In this document: one piece after another, positions 19,700 to 28,885 of the stretch
Layout: every line of letters starts with the position of its first letter
Numbering within the stretch: the first letter of the stretch is position 1
Virus record (IMG/VR): IMGVR_UViG_3300027759_000045
Location: 248,001-312,000 of that record
Direction: 5' to 3' (one strand)
DNA length: 64,000 bases
The notes under the pieces: generated by a model
What the model saw: the letters and a program-made list of their open reading frames with translations, nothing else
Told to the model about the DNA's origin: nothing
Database searches by the model: none
Made by a program: the position numbers and the translations under genes

Positions 19700-20254
19700 A
19701 TGACTCAGAGATTATTCAAATTAAAAGGCAACCTTAGCGTTCTACCGGCAACAGGGACAGTAACAGTAAATGGTACTGAAGTATTCAACGGAACATTTAG
19801 CGAGGGTGCCATTGGCGAGCCCGATGGTTTTTTGTGCGAATTTGCATATACATTTGACGACTCAGCTGGTACAGATACTCAATTGCCAGTGGTGGTAACA
19901 TGTGCTTCTGGAGTGGCACATGTTGGCATGTTCAAATACAATTATGCAAAAATTATTAATCCTGCATTAACCCCAGAAGAACTTGCATATGTTACTTCGG
20001 GCACTATATCGTCGGCTCCGGCCCAAATAAAAGCAGACGTAGCAGCCAAAGGCGGCTGGTATATTCATGACGAAACTACATTTGCATATGGGTTGACACC
20101 AGAGCTGTGTGACGATAACCGAACAACAGAAGTAATAAATGGAGTTCTGCTTCCAGAAACAGACGGACACTTATATATCTATATGGCCGCCGCATCAGTG
20201 CTTACATTCACAACAATTGTGTTTTCAAGTGTTAACCCGCCAGCACCTGTGTAA
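19700..20254 (+). CDS. Hypothetical beta-rich protein, possibly virion
   Basis: 184 aa, GGAG RBS, TAAATA at 19672-19677. Confidence 0.55.
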   Translation: MTQRLFKLKGNLSVLPATGTVTVNGTEVFNGTFSEGAIGEPDGFLCEFAYTFDDSAGTDTQLPVVVTCASGVAHVGMFKYNYAKIINPALTPEELAYVTSGTISSAPAQIKADVAAKGGWYIHDETTFAYGLTPELCDDNRTTEVINGVLLPETDGHLYIYMAAASVLTFTTIVFSSVNPPAPV

Positions 20255-20275
20255 TTTATAACGTATTTTCACAAT

Positions 20276-20304
20276 AAAAACCCTGCATTATGTAGGGTTT
20301 TTTT
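20276..20304 (+). terminator. Rho-independent terminator
   Basis: AAAAACCCTGCA-TT-ATGTAGGGTTTTTTT stem with T tract. Confidence 0.8.
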
Positions 20305-20308
20305 ATGG

Positions 20309-20337
20309 TTGACTGAAAATTCCCAATTTGCTATAAT
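20309..20337 (+). promoter_or_regulatory. Early sigma70 promoter
   Basis: TTGACT-17-TATAAT preceded by TGC. Confidence 0.85.
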
Positions 20338-20367
20338 AGTGGCATACTAAGTAAAAAGGAACACAAG

Positions 20368-20577
20368 ATGGGTTACATGGTAGTTGACACCACAGACCAA
20401 ATGCGTCAAAAATACGGTCCTCGTCCTGGCCTAGAAGGGCCGTTTAACTTCTCTGGACAAGTGTTGTATTATGACAACAAACAAGGCGCCTACTACGATC
20501 CCACTACAGATTTTTACGTAGAACAGGCAGAGATGGATATAATCAACAACAGACTGTACGAATTGCTTAAAAAATAA
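20368..20577 (+). CDS. Small hypothetical early protein
   Basis: 69 aa, AAGGA RBS, GLEGPF..YYDNKQGAYYDP. Confidence 0.75.
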   Translation: MGYMVVDTTDQMRQKYGPRPGLEGPFNFSGQVLYYDNKQGAYYDPTTDFYVEQAEMDIINNRLYELLKK

Positions 20578-20613
20578 GCAGATTTTGTTGTAAAAAAGCC
20601 ACAATTCAAGTGG

Positions 20614-20642
20614 TTGACCGAATATTCTCAATTTGCTATAAT
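20614..20642 (+). promoter_or_regulatory. Early sigma70 promoter
   Basis: TTGACC-17-TATAAT; near-identical to 57302-57330 through to the RBS. Confidence 0.85.
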
Positions 20643-20671
20643 ATAGCATAGATTAACAAAAAGGAACCAAA

Positions 20672-20851
20672 ATGCAGACAGCCACAGCAATCAAAGTTAT
20701 ACAAAAAGATGCAGAATTTTTAGGTATGGGATTTTTGGAAATGATGCAGTTTATCCAAAAGAGTCCACTTGCACAGACACAAAAAACAATGGAAGCATAT
20801 CGTGCAGTGATGGAATCGGGTGCCAAGATGTTTGCCCCGGTTGACGTTTAA
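20672..20851 (+). CDS. Small hypothetical early protein (59 aa, not in the ORF track)
   Basis: MQTATAIKVIQKDAEFLGMG...APVDV; AAGGA RBS and its own promoter. Confidence 0.7.
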   Translation: MQTATAIKVIQKDAEFLGMGFLEMMQFIQKSPLAQTQKTMEAYRAVMESGAKMFAPVDV

Positions 20852-20869
20852 TTCTACATCTGCTATAAT
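20841..20869 (+). promoter_or_regulatory. Early sigma70 promoter
   Basis: TTGACG-17-TATAAT preceded by TGC. Confidence 0.85.
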
Positions 20870-20899
20870 ACAATTTTAACGCACAAAAAGGAGCCAACT

Positions 20900-21931
20900 A
20901 TGAGTGCCATTCGTATTGTTAACGGCGAGTATCGCAAGAACCCTGTCCGTAACACTGCCTTTACTCTTGTGTCAGGTTTTACATCTGGCGCCAAGGGCAA
21001 TTATGTAACCGTAAAAAACAACGGTGCCTTTCCCGATTGCCCCGATACCATCCGTATCCGGGTAAATTCCATCCGAGACTTTGAATATGTAAATGGAGAT
21101 TCCGTGAGTACCACACCTACAGCCGAGATTGAAAACCCCGTCCCAGTAGTTAACGAGACCGATGATGAAGCTATGGATCGTATCCGTGAGCGTTTTGACA
21201 TCCTGCACGAGATGACAAAGGCCACTGTGACAGGCGACATCCGTGCTATGATCGTTAGCGGCCCTCCGGGTGTGGGCAAGAGCTTTGGTGTAGAACAAGA
21301 AATTGACAAGGCCTGCTTGTTTGATAAACTTGCAGGCAAGCGACTCCGTGCAGAGGTAGTCAAAGGCAGTGCCACTCCAATTGGCCTGTACCAAACCTTG
21401 TACAAGTATTCTGACGCCAACAGTGTGATTGTTTTTGACGACTGTGACAGCATCTTGTTAGATGACGTTGCACTTAACCTGCTCAAAGGTGCCTTGGATT
21501 CGGGCAAGAAGCGTGTGATCTCCTGGTTATCAGAAAGCAGTGCTTTGCGCAGAGAAGGCATTCCAGAACGTTTTGAATTCAAAGGCAGTGTTATCTTTAT
21601 CACTAACTTAAAGTTTGACAAGATGAAGAGCCAGAAGTTGCGGGACCACTTGGATGCACTGCAAAGTCGTTGCCACTACCTGGACTTGACCTTGGACACC
21701 ATGCGTGACAAGTTGTTGCGTATCAAACAGATTGCCAAAGATGGCGTGTTGTTTGCAGACTACGATTTTGACGAGTATGCATCAGATGATATCATTGACT
21801 TTATGCATGTGAACAAAGATCGTTTGCGTGAGGTATCTTTGCGTATGGCGCTTAAGATTGCAGACTTGCGCAAGAGCTTTCCTGGCAACTGGAAACGCAT
21901 GTCAGAGACCACTTGCATGAAGAGTGCCTAA
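20900..21931 (+). CDS. AAA+/P-loop ATPase
   Basis: GPPGVGKS Walker A, IVFDDCD Walker B, IFITN, LQSRC. Confidence 0.85.
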   Translation: MSAIRIVNGEYRKNPVRNTAFTLVSGFTSGAKGNYVTVKNNGAFPDCPDTIRIRVNSIRDFEYVNGDSVSTTPTAEIENPVPVVNETDDEAMDRIRERFDILHEMTKATVTGDIRAMIVSGPPGVGKSFGVEQEIDKACLFDKLAGKRLRAEVVKGSATPIGLYQTLYKYSDANSVIVFDDCDSILLDDVALNLLKGALDSGKKRVISWLSESSALRREGIPERFEFKGSVIFITNLKFDKMKSQKLRDHLDALQSRCHYLDLTLDTMRDKLLRIKQIAKDGVLFADYDFDEYASDDIIDFMHVNKDRLREVSLRMALKIADLRKSFPGNWKRMSETTCMKSA

Positions 21932-22014
21932 TATGGCCTGGATAGGTGTCCTAATGTTGCTAATGTTGGGACACCTTGGGTGGTCTTTGCTTTATGCTTT
22001 TATAATTTTAATGT

Positions 22015-22200
22015 TTGGAGATTGATATGTCAGGAAAAGCCAAGTCTGTTTACTTAACAGTAACACCCAAAGGCCAGTTTACGTCAGTGTTCCGTAAAAC
22101 ATTTTTTGATGCCAAGGCATACAACGACTATGTCAAATCAGAAGAGTTCCGGGCAAAATGGCCTGCAGAGAAGTACGATGTAGTAAAAGAAGTTTATTGA
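22015..22200 (+). CDS. Small hypothetical protein
   Basis: ORF track 61 aa; likely start MSGKAK at 22027 after GGAG. Confidence 0.6.
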   Translation: MEIDMSGKAKSVYLTVTPKGQFTSVFRKTFFDAKAYNDYVKSEEFRAKWPAEKYDVVKEVY

Positions 22201-22212
22201 CAGGAGTGCCAA

Positions 22213-22314
22213 ATGTACAAGATTTATGATGGTGAGTTGTTTTTGTTTGCTGTGGATACCCAGTATGAAGCAGACGAACAGCGTGATCAAGGTTTTCGCG
22301 TGGTAGTTGGTTAG
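22213..22314 (+). CDS. Micro-ORF (33 aa)
   Basis: MYKIYDGELFLFAVDTQYEADEQRDQGFRVVVG; AGGAG RBS. Confidence 0.55.
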   Translation: MYKIYDGELFLFAVDTQYEADEQRDQGFRVVVG

Positions 22315-22333
22315 TTCATTTTTTCTCCTTTTT

Positions 22334-22402
22334 CCCGGGAGTAGGTTGGCTCCGTCCCGGGCTTTTATGGCAGACACCCTTAAAAAAGGTGTCTGTCTTT
22401 TT
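22334..22402 (+). terminator. Two tandem terminator-like hairpins
   Basis: CCCGGGA/TCCCGGG followed by CTTTT; GCAGACACC/GGTGTCTGT followed by CTTTTT. Confidence 0.7.
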
Positions 22403-22429
22403 GACTTCTTGAGATAATAAGTATATAAT
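22401..22429 (+). promoter_or_regulatory. sigma70 promoter for uvsW
   Basis: TTGACT-17-TATAAT. Confidence 0.8.
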
Positions 22430-22435
22430 GTTAAT

Positions 22436-23896
22436 ATGAAAAGATGCACAATACAAATTAAAGATGAAGTAAACATTAAACTGGAAGGGCTTGAACTTGA
22501 CGCCAGGCGTGCATTAGTAAACACATTTAAATATGACGTTCCGGGCGCACGTTATTTGCCTGCGGTCAGGTTAGGTCGCTGGGATGGCAAGGTCAGTTAC
22601 TTTCAACTTGGTGGTAGCACTTATGTAAACTTACTACCTGATATTATTCCCATATTAGAAAAGTTCAACTATGACATTGAACTAGATGACCAACGCGAAT
22701 ATTCTACTGTGTTTGACTTTACACAGATCAAAGAAGATTCGTTTGCACATAAGGTGTGGCCCAAGACACACCCAATGGCAGGTGAACCTGTGGTGTTGCG
22801 TGACTACCAGGTTGAGATTATCAACAACTTCCTGGGCAACCCGCAATGCATACAAGAAGTGGCCACAGGCGCAGGCAAGACGCTGATGACAGCGGCATTG
22901 AGTTTAAGTATAGAACCATATGGACGTTCAATTGTTATTGTGCCCAACAAAAGTTTGGTAACGCAAACAGAAGCAGACTACAAGAACTTGGGCTTGAATG
23001 TTGGTGTGTACTTTGGTGACCGTAAAGAGCATGGCCGGACACATACCATTTGCACATGGCAAAGTTTAAATGTGCTAATGAAAAACACAAAGAACGGCGT
23101 AGCAGATGTCACTATCCAGGACTTTATTGAGGACGTGGTATGTGTAATGGTGGATGAAGTACACATGGCCAAGGCAGATGCACTTAAATCCTTGTTAACA
23201 GGCATCATGGCTAGAGTGCCAATTCGGTGGGGTCTAACAGGAACTGTGCCCAAGGAACCATTTGAGTTCCAAGCATTAAAGTGCAGTCTTGGCCCTGTTA
23301 TTAGCCAACTCAGTGCAAGTGAACTACAGGATCGTGGTGTGCTGGCACAGTGTCATGTGAACATTGTGCAGTTGGTAGACCACGCAGAGTTTTCAAATTA
23401 TCAAAGTGAGTTGAAGTTCTTGCTGGAAGAGCCAGACAGACTCACTGCCATTGCCAACTTGGTGTCGCAGGTCAATGACACCGGCAATACACTAGTATTA
23501 GTAGACCGTGTAGCAGCCGGTCATGCTTTGATTGAACGCCTGGGCGATCGAGCAGTGTTTGTATCAGGTGCAACCAAAGCAGGAGCAAGACAAGATGAAT
23601 ACGACGAAGTGGCCACCAGCACTGGCAAGATTATTGTGGCGACTTACGGTGTGGCCGCTGTGGGTATTAATATTCCAAGGATTTTTAATTTGGTTCTTCT
23701 TGAACCCGGAAAGAGCTTTGTCCGTGTTATACAGTCAATTGGGCGCGGCATTAGAAAAGCGGAAGACAAAGATCATGTAGAGATCTGGGACATAACCAGC
23801 ACATGTAAATTTGCCAAACGACACTTGACCAAACGTAAAGTATTTTATCGTGACGCAAACTATCCGTTTTCTCAGGAGAAACTAGAATGGAAATAA
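22436..23896 (+). CDS. uvsW: SF2 helicase UvsW
   Basis: LRDYQ, ATGAGKT, VDEVH, GLTGT, QSIGRGIR. Confidence 0.92.
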   Translation: MKRCTIQIKDEVNIKLEGLELDARRALVNTFKYDVPGARYLPAVRLGRWDGKVSYFQLGGSTYVNLLPDIIPILEKFNYDIELDDQREYSTVFDFTQIKEDSFAHKVWPKTHPMAGEPVVLRDYQVEIINNFLGNPQCIQEVATGAGKTLMTAALSLSIEPYGRSIVIVPNKSLVTQTEADYKNLGLNVGVYFGDRKEHGRTHTICTWQSLNVLMKNTKNGVADVTIQDFIEDVVCVMVDEVHMAKADALKSLLTGIMARVPIRWGLTGTVPKEPFEFQALKCSLGPVISQLSASELQDRGVLAQCHVNIVQLVDHAEFSNYQSELKFLLEEPDRLTAIANLVSQVNDTGNTLVLVDRVAAGHALIERLGDRAVFVSGATKAGARQDEYDEVATSTGKIIVATYGVAAVGINIPRIFNLVLLEPGKSFVRVIQSIGRGIRKAEDKDHVEIWDITSTCKFAKRHLTKRKVFYRDANYPFSQEKLEWK

Positions 23897-23902
23897 TTTA
23901 AA

Positions 23903-25051
23903 ATGACCCCGCTAAAATGTTTTCACTTGGATCACGGGTATTCAAGCCTGACTTCGTCGCCGTGTTGCCAAGTAGAGATTCCCGGTAATCGTTCTACTTC
24001 TGGTAACAGAATTGACAGTTTTTCGACATTGCATAAAAACAAGCATTATATCGAAATAAAACAAAGTATGGATCAAGGCATATGGCACGATCTATGCAAC
24101 ACATGTCGTGTTGTTGAAGCACGGAAAGGTGACACACTCTCGTATCGACAACATTCACTACCCAAATATCACATGCCACCCTATGATATAAATGATGGAT
24201 TAATTGATATACAGCTGGCTCCGGGCTATTTGTGCAATATTCAATGCAGGTCTTGTACTCCGGCTCTTAGCAGTAGTTGGATCAACGAAAGTAGAGATAT
24301 GCCAGTAACCCTGGCCGCTCCTGGTACACAACATTATGCCATGAAGAATGACATTAAGTTTTCGACTATAAAAGTTTTGCCGAGTCCAGTGTATGATTAT
24401 ACCAAAGACGATTGGTCATCTGTAAAATATGCAAGTTTTGTCGGAGGCGAGCCGATATATAATCCTGAATTTTATGTTCAATTAAAAAAATTGTTTAACG
24501 AAACTAACGGATCAGCTGTGATAAGTTTTGCCACAAATGGAACTATTCCATTGGACTTGACAAAGTATCCGTGGATTGCTGATTTTAAAAATATTCAAGT
24601 TAATTTCAGTATCGATTCAATTGGCAGTAGCGCAGAGTTTATTCGAACTGGAACTGTCTGGAGCAAAGTTGAAAAGAATATACAATTTTACAAATCAATG
24701 AATATTGACACTGCGTACCACATGACAAATAGTGTGTTAAATATATTAGACACAAATAGAACAATAGACTATTTAGAATCCATAAATATTTGCAGTAGCA
24801 AATTAGTAACGCATGTTATTGATCCTGTCTATCTGAATTATAGTGTATTAACCGAAGATGAAAAATTAAAAATTATAGAACGAATCCGTGGTACCAACGC
24901 TGACTATATCATCTCAGCATTGACTGATTGCGAATACAATCCAGATAATCGATCAAAATTCTTTCTGTTTATGGAGCACACAAAAAATTACCATAGTATG
25001 GATTGGAAAGATTACCTGCCGGATCTGTATAATATCATGAATGAGGCTTGA
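23903..25051 (+). CDS. Radical SAM protein with N-terminal twitch domain
   Basis: SPCC, CNTC..VE..SYR; CNIQCRSC..SSSW; GGEPI; TNGT; SIDSIG. Confidence 0.88.
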   Translation: MTPLKCFHLDHGYSSLTSSPCCQVEIPGNRSTSGNRIDSFSTLHKNKHYIEIKQSMDQGIWHDLCNTCRVVEARKGDTLSYRQHSLPKYHMPPYDINDGLIDIQLAPGYLCNIQCRSCTPALSSSWINESRDMPVTLAAPGTQHYAMKNDIKFSTIKVLPSPVYDYTKDDWSSVKYASFVGGEPIYNPEFYVQLKKLFNETNGSAVISFATNGTIPLDLTKYPWIADFKNIQVNFSIDSIGSSAEFIRTGTVWSKVEKNIQFYKSMNIDTAYHMTNSVLNILDTNRTIDYLESINICSSKLVTHVIDPVYLNYSVLTEDEKLKIIERIRGTNADYIISALTDCEYNPDNRSKFFLFMEHTKNYHSMDWKDYLPDLYNIMNEA

Positions 25052-25108
25052 CTTTGTTACAAAATTCCTGTGCTATACAGTCAATTGTTTGCGGCAGTAG
25101 GAACTAGA

Positions 25109-25759
25109 ATGGAAGTAAAAAAGCCTAAATTGTTAATAGTTGGGGACAGTTTTTTCTACAGTGATGCTAAGTTTCCAGGACAGCATTGGTCTGAAATGTT
25201 GCCGGGCTATGAAACGGATAACCGTGCTTACCCGGGGCATTCAATCGGTATGATACTGTGTGATCTAGTTGAAGGACTAGCATCTGGTGCTGACGCTGTG
25301 GTAATTGGGTTTACTGGATCTGGAAGACTTGAATTTGAAAACACCAACACTGATGTTAGTCGACAGTGGATAACCAGTCAACACCGGCATCTGCTAAATC
25401 AAGACCAGAAATTGTTAATGACCTTGCGCCAGTCATTAACTGATCCTGAATGGGACAACATCGGCGCATTTTGGCAAGTCATTGGCACCTTGAGCATGTT
25501 GAAGAGTCGCAACATTCCTTTTGTGTACTCGCTGGGCATATATCAACTGCATCTGCCAGATACCAAAATGTTAGCCCAACACAGTGATCTGGTCAAAGAC
25601 CAACTGTCTAGATTTTCTTCACATGCACTGGTCAATAATCTAGCAACATACCCGCTAGAGCTACAAACAAAGTCGCCGTTGTTTCATGTGCCCGATCGTG
25701 CTTGGCAAAGTCAATTTGCTGCCGAAGTAGATGAAAAACTAAAAACACTTGACATTTGA
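25109..25759 (+). CDS. SGNH-like protein
   Basis: IVGDSF, NRAYPGHS, C-terminal FHVP; start uncertain (25070 GTG or 25109 ATG). Confidence 0.5.
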   Translation: MEVKKPKLLIVGDSFFYSDAKFPGQHWSEMLPGYETDNRAYPGHSIGMILCDLVEGLASGADAVVIGFTGSGRLEFENTNTDVSRQWITSQHRHLLNQDQKLLMTLRQSLTDPEWDNIGAFWQVIGTLSMLKSRNIPFVYSLGIYQLHLPDTKMLAQHSDLVKDQLSRFSSHALVNNLATYPLELQTKSPLFHVPDRAWQSQFAAEVDEKLKTLDI

Positions 25760-25777
25760 CTTTATATACTGTATTAT
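25749..25777 (+). promoter_or_regulatory. sigma70 promoter
   Basis: TTGACA-17-TATTAT. Confidence 0.7.
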
Positions 25778-25783
25778 ACATAC

Positions 25784-26287
25784 ATGAGAATACTAACACT
25801 TGACCAAAACAGAGCCTACGACCTCGACCATCTTCCAGAGGAAGTCGAAGACATGAGGTTTGCTATATTTGACAACAGTGATCCCAAAGATCCCGACTAT
25901 CATTATATTCCACTTATCTTTCTTGAAAGTTTTAATGCACCTGCGTTAGTACTACAAATTGGCGAACATAAAATACGCATGCCCATGGACTGGCAAGTGC
26001 TGATTGGCGAACCCGAAGTGGGCGACTTAGAAGTACTGCCATTGACCAGTATCAACGATCGTGGGTTTAAAGTGTTCCAGTTCAATCCATTGAGCAGTTT
26101 CCGGCCAAGTTTTCCAACCATTGAAATTGTGGATGTGTATCACGAAGTGGCCTGGTATGCTCCTAAACTAAAGAATGGACAGATGTTGTGTATTCCATTG
26201 AGTGATGATCCCAAGCCAGACTGTGTGTATTTTGTCAAAGACATTAGTCGTAATTGCGAAATTGTGGACTACGACAAGGCCTGGTAA
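25784..26287 (+). CDS. Conserved beta-rich protein, possibly degenerate Hint fold
   Basis: 167 aa; spacing of hydrophobic blocks resembles intein blocks B and F. Confidence 0.4.
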   Translation: MRILTLDQNRAYDLDHLPEEVEDMRFAIFDNSDPKDPDYHYIPLIFLESFNAPALVLQIGEHKIRMPMDWQVLIGEPEVGDLEVLPLTSINDRGFKVFQFNPLSSFRPSFPTIEIVDVYHEVAWYAPKLKNGQMLCIPLSDDPKPDCVYFVKDISRNCEIVDYDKAW

Positions 26288-26736
26288 TGAGCGATAAACT
26301 AAACATTGCCAATGAGATGCAACAGTTTGATCGTAAGAATCGAGACTTTTACAATGAGCTGTCAGATGAAGAACGCAAGAAATTCTCAAACTTTTTAATG
26401 TTGCGATGGGGTAGTGCAGTAGAAGGGTCAAGGGAACTGCAGGAGTTTTATGTCATTGCACTGAATGAACGCTTTAACAAACACTTCTTTACACTGAGTA
26501 AACATCCAGGACTGCAATGGCTGTGTGCCACAACAGTGAGTCCTGGCATGGGCACACCGAGGCATACCTGGATTGCTCCTAAGAAAAAAGAACCCGGAGC
26601 CAGTGGCATACGCAAGCAGTTGGCAGAGATGTATCCGCATCTCAAAGACGATGACATTGCGGTGCTGGCGTCAATCACCACCAAAAAAGAAATTGACGAG
26701 CACATGAAGTTGTTAGGGCAAGACACTAAAAAATGA
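26287..26736 (+). CDS. Putative clamp-loader small subunit (gp62-like)
   Basis: ERKKFSNFLMLRWGS, ALNERFNKHFFTL pattern; replication context. Confidence 0.45.
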   Translation: MSDKLNIANEMQQFDRKNRDFYNELSDEERKKFSNFLMLRWGSAVEGSRELQEFYVIALNERFNKHFFTLSKHPGLQWLCATTVSPGMGTPRHTWIAPKKKEPGASGIRKQLAEMYPHLKDDDIAVLASITTKKEIDEHMKLLGQDTKK

Positions 26737-27407
26737 GTTACACCTGTCAGTATTGTCGGAAAGACTTTGTCAAGGAAACAAGTCTCACTGTGCATAGTTG
26801 TGAGCCACGTCGTCGTAGACAGGAACGTTCGGAGCGTGGAGTCGAACTGGGTTTTCAAGCCTACATTAAGTTTTATGAAATGACACAGGGCAGTGCCAAA
26901 CTAAAGTCATTTGATGACTTTGCTGACTCACCGTACTACCGAGCATTTGTAAAGTTTGGTCGATACTGTGTGTCCATACGTGCTATTAACCCTGCACGTT
27001 TTATGGAATGGGTACTGAAACAAAACAAAAAGATTGATCACTGGTGCCGCGATGCTGTATACACAGAATATTTGATATACTATTTGCAAGTAGAAAACAT
27101 CAACGATGCACTGGCTCGTGCAATGGAGTACAGCATCGACTGGGCAGAGAAAACAGGCAATCCCGCTCAGGACTGTTTACGCTATGGCGGCACCAATGCC
27201 ACTGTGTATGCAGTGACAACAGGTCGTATCAGTCCTTGGGTAATTTACAACTCAGAGTCCGGACAACGGTTTTTAAGTACCTTGGATGCTGGTCAGATTG
27301 CCATGGTTTGGCCATACATTGACTCGGATGTCTGGCAGAAAAAGTTTACGGATTACTCTGCAGACCAAGAGTATGCTAAAGAAATATTAACACAGGCAGG
27401 ATGGTAA
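26733..27407 (+). CDS. Zinc-finger-containing hypothetical protein
   Basis: YTCQYCRKDF..ETSLTVHSC at the N-terminus. Confidence 0.6.
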   Translation: MSYTCQYCRKDFVKETSLTVHSCEPRRRRQERSERGVELGFQAYIKFYEMTQGSAKLKSFDDFADSPYYRAFVKFGRYCVSIRAINPARFMEWVLKQNKKIDHWCRDAVYTEYLIYYLQVENINDALARAMEYSIDWAEKTGNPAQDCLRYGGTNATVYAVTTGRISPWVIYNSESGQRFLSTLDAGQIAMVWPYIDSDVWQKKFTDYSADQEYAKEILTQAGW

Positions 27408-27408
27408 C

Positions 27409-28323
27409 ATGATTCAAATTGACTTTCAAGGTGGCGCACATGGAAACTTCTTAGAATTTATTTGCAATACATTGTGTGGGCTGACCGATGATCAATTGCC
27501 GTTTAATAGTGCAGGCGCATCTCATGCAAAGAAGTATACTGGAAGAAAGACTTTTTTTTCCGATCATTATTCTTTTCTTAAAAAAGAACTGGGAGAAAAA
27601 GTTATTAGTATTCAGATTGCCGAAGATGATTTATTGCCGCTTAATCAAATTAGTTTATTAAGAGCTGGCGACCATGGATATGATAATGACTATCTTGAAA
27701 TGGACACCTACAATAAACTTAATAATGATAGTTATCGTTGGGTACTAGATAACATCATTGCCAATTTCTTTAAAGGACAAATTCAAACCAGTTACAATAA
27801 CGTTAAAGATGTGTCATGGCCCGATATACACACACTTGATGATTTTATCCTGTTGCCGGAGCATATACGTAATGAGTGTATTAATGTTCATAATTTAGAA
27901 TTATTAGAACTTAACAAAGACCATCCGGATTGTCCAAGGCACGTACTCAGAGAATTTTTTCAATTAGGATTTGAAAATCCTAGCCAACAAGGGTTTATTC
28001 AACAACAACACACAATGATTAATTATGGTAATAGACAAGTTTATATTTTTCCTTTCCGTTGTTTTTATGACACAGATTTATTCCTTGATCAAATCAAACA
28101 GATTGCTCAATGGGCGGAAATACCATATACTCAACACGATAAGATAGTCAAAATCCACAGTGAATTTTTAAAACGACAACCATACAAGCACAGTAAAATT
28201 AAATGTGATGTAATGGTGCAAGATATAATATCTAATAGACCAACAGGAAGTGCTCGAGATCTATTAGAAGAAGCGTACATAAACGCACAATTAAAAAAGC
28301 ATAATCATGAGTGCAGATATTGA
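27409..28323 (+). CDS. Sulfotransferase-like/P-loop protein with KDxSWP module
   Basis: IDFQGGAHGNFL N-terminal loop; AT-rich; module shared with 44122-44940. Confidence 0.4.
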   Translation: MIQIDFQGGAHGNFLEFICNTLCGLTDDQLPFNSAGASHAKKYTGRKTFFSDHYSFLKKELGEKVISIQIAEDDLLPLNQISLLRAGDHGYDNDYLEMDTYNKLNNDSYRWVLDNIIANFFKGQIQTSYNNVKDVSWPDIHTLDDFILLPEHIRNECINVHNLELLELNKDHPDCPRHVLREFFQLGFENPSQQGFIQQQHTMINYGNRQVYIFPFRCFYDTDLFLDQIKQIAQWAEIPYTQHDKIVKIHSEFLKRQPYKHSKIKCDVMVQDIISNRPTGSARDLLEEAYINAQLKKHNHECRY

Positions 28324-28885
28324 CATTGACTTTGCAGACCGCAGTCAACTACTTGAATTAATCCAGCACACACCTGCACGTCAAACGGTGCAAGGGCAGG
28401 CACGCAGGCACAACTCGGGTGTGTATGTAACAGACATTCCGCAGGATCCTGTGAATCGTTGTGCGGCCATCGACTACGAAGCTGCCGAACAACTGGGTTA
28501 TTTTAAAATTGACTTTTTGAACATGAGTGTTTATCAGTTGATTACCAGTCCAGAACACTATGCCACAGCAGTGGCCACAGAACCTGCTTGGTCCCAGCTG
28601 TGGCAAGAACCAGAATGGGCAAAACAACTAGCACACGTTGGCAACTATACAGACCTGCTGAGCGCAATGCGCCCGGATAGTATTCCAAGAATGGCAGCGT
28701 TTATCAGTATCATTAGGCCAGGCAAGGCACACTTGCAACGGCAGCCCTGGGACATGGTGTTTGATTCTGTGTGGGATGGTGATGAAAGTCGAGGCTACAC
28801 ATTTAAGAAAAGCCACGCAATCAGTTACGCAGCCTTGGTAGCATTACACATGAACCTGCTCAGTCCATCCGTCGCACAAGCGTAA
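28307..28885 (+). CDS. Minimal family-C (DnaE/PolIII alpha-like) polymerase catalytic domain
   Basis: DIDIDF, RRHNSG, FKIDFL, IRPG, YTFKKSHAISYA in 192 aa. Confidence 0.8.
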   Translation: MSADIDIDFADRSQLLELIQHTPARQTVQGQARRHNSGVYVTDIPQDPVNRCAAIDYEAAEQLGYFKIDFLNMSVYQLITSPEHYATAVATEPAWSQLWQEPEWAKQLAHVGNYTDLLSAMRPDSIPRMAAFISIIRPGKAHLQRQPWDMVFDSVWDGDESRGYTFKKSHAISYAALVALHMNLLSPSVAQA

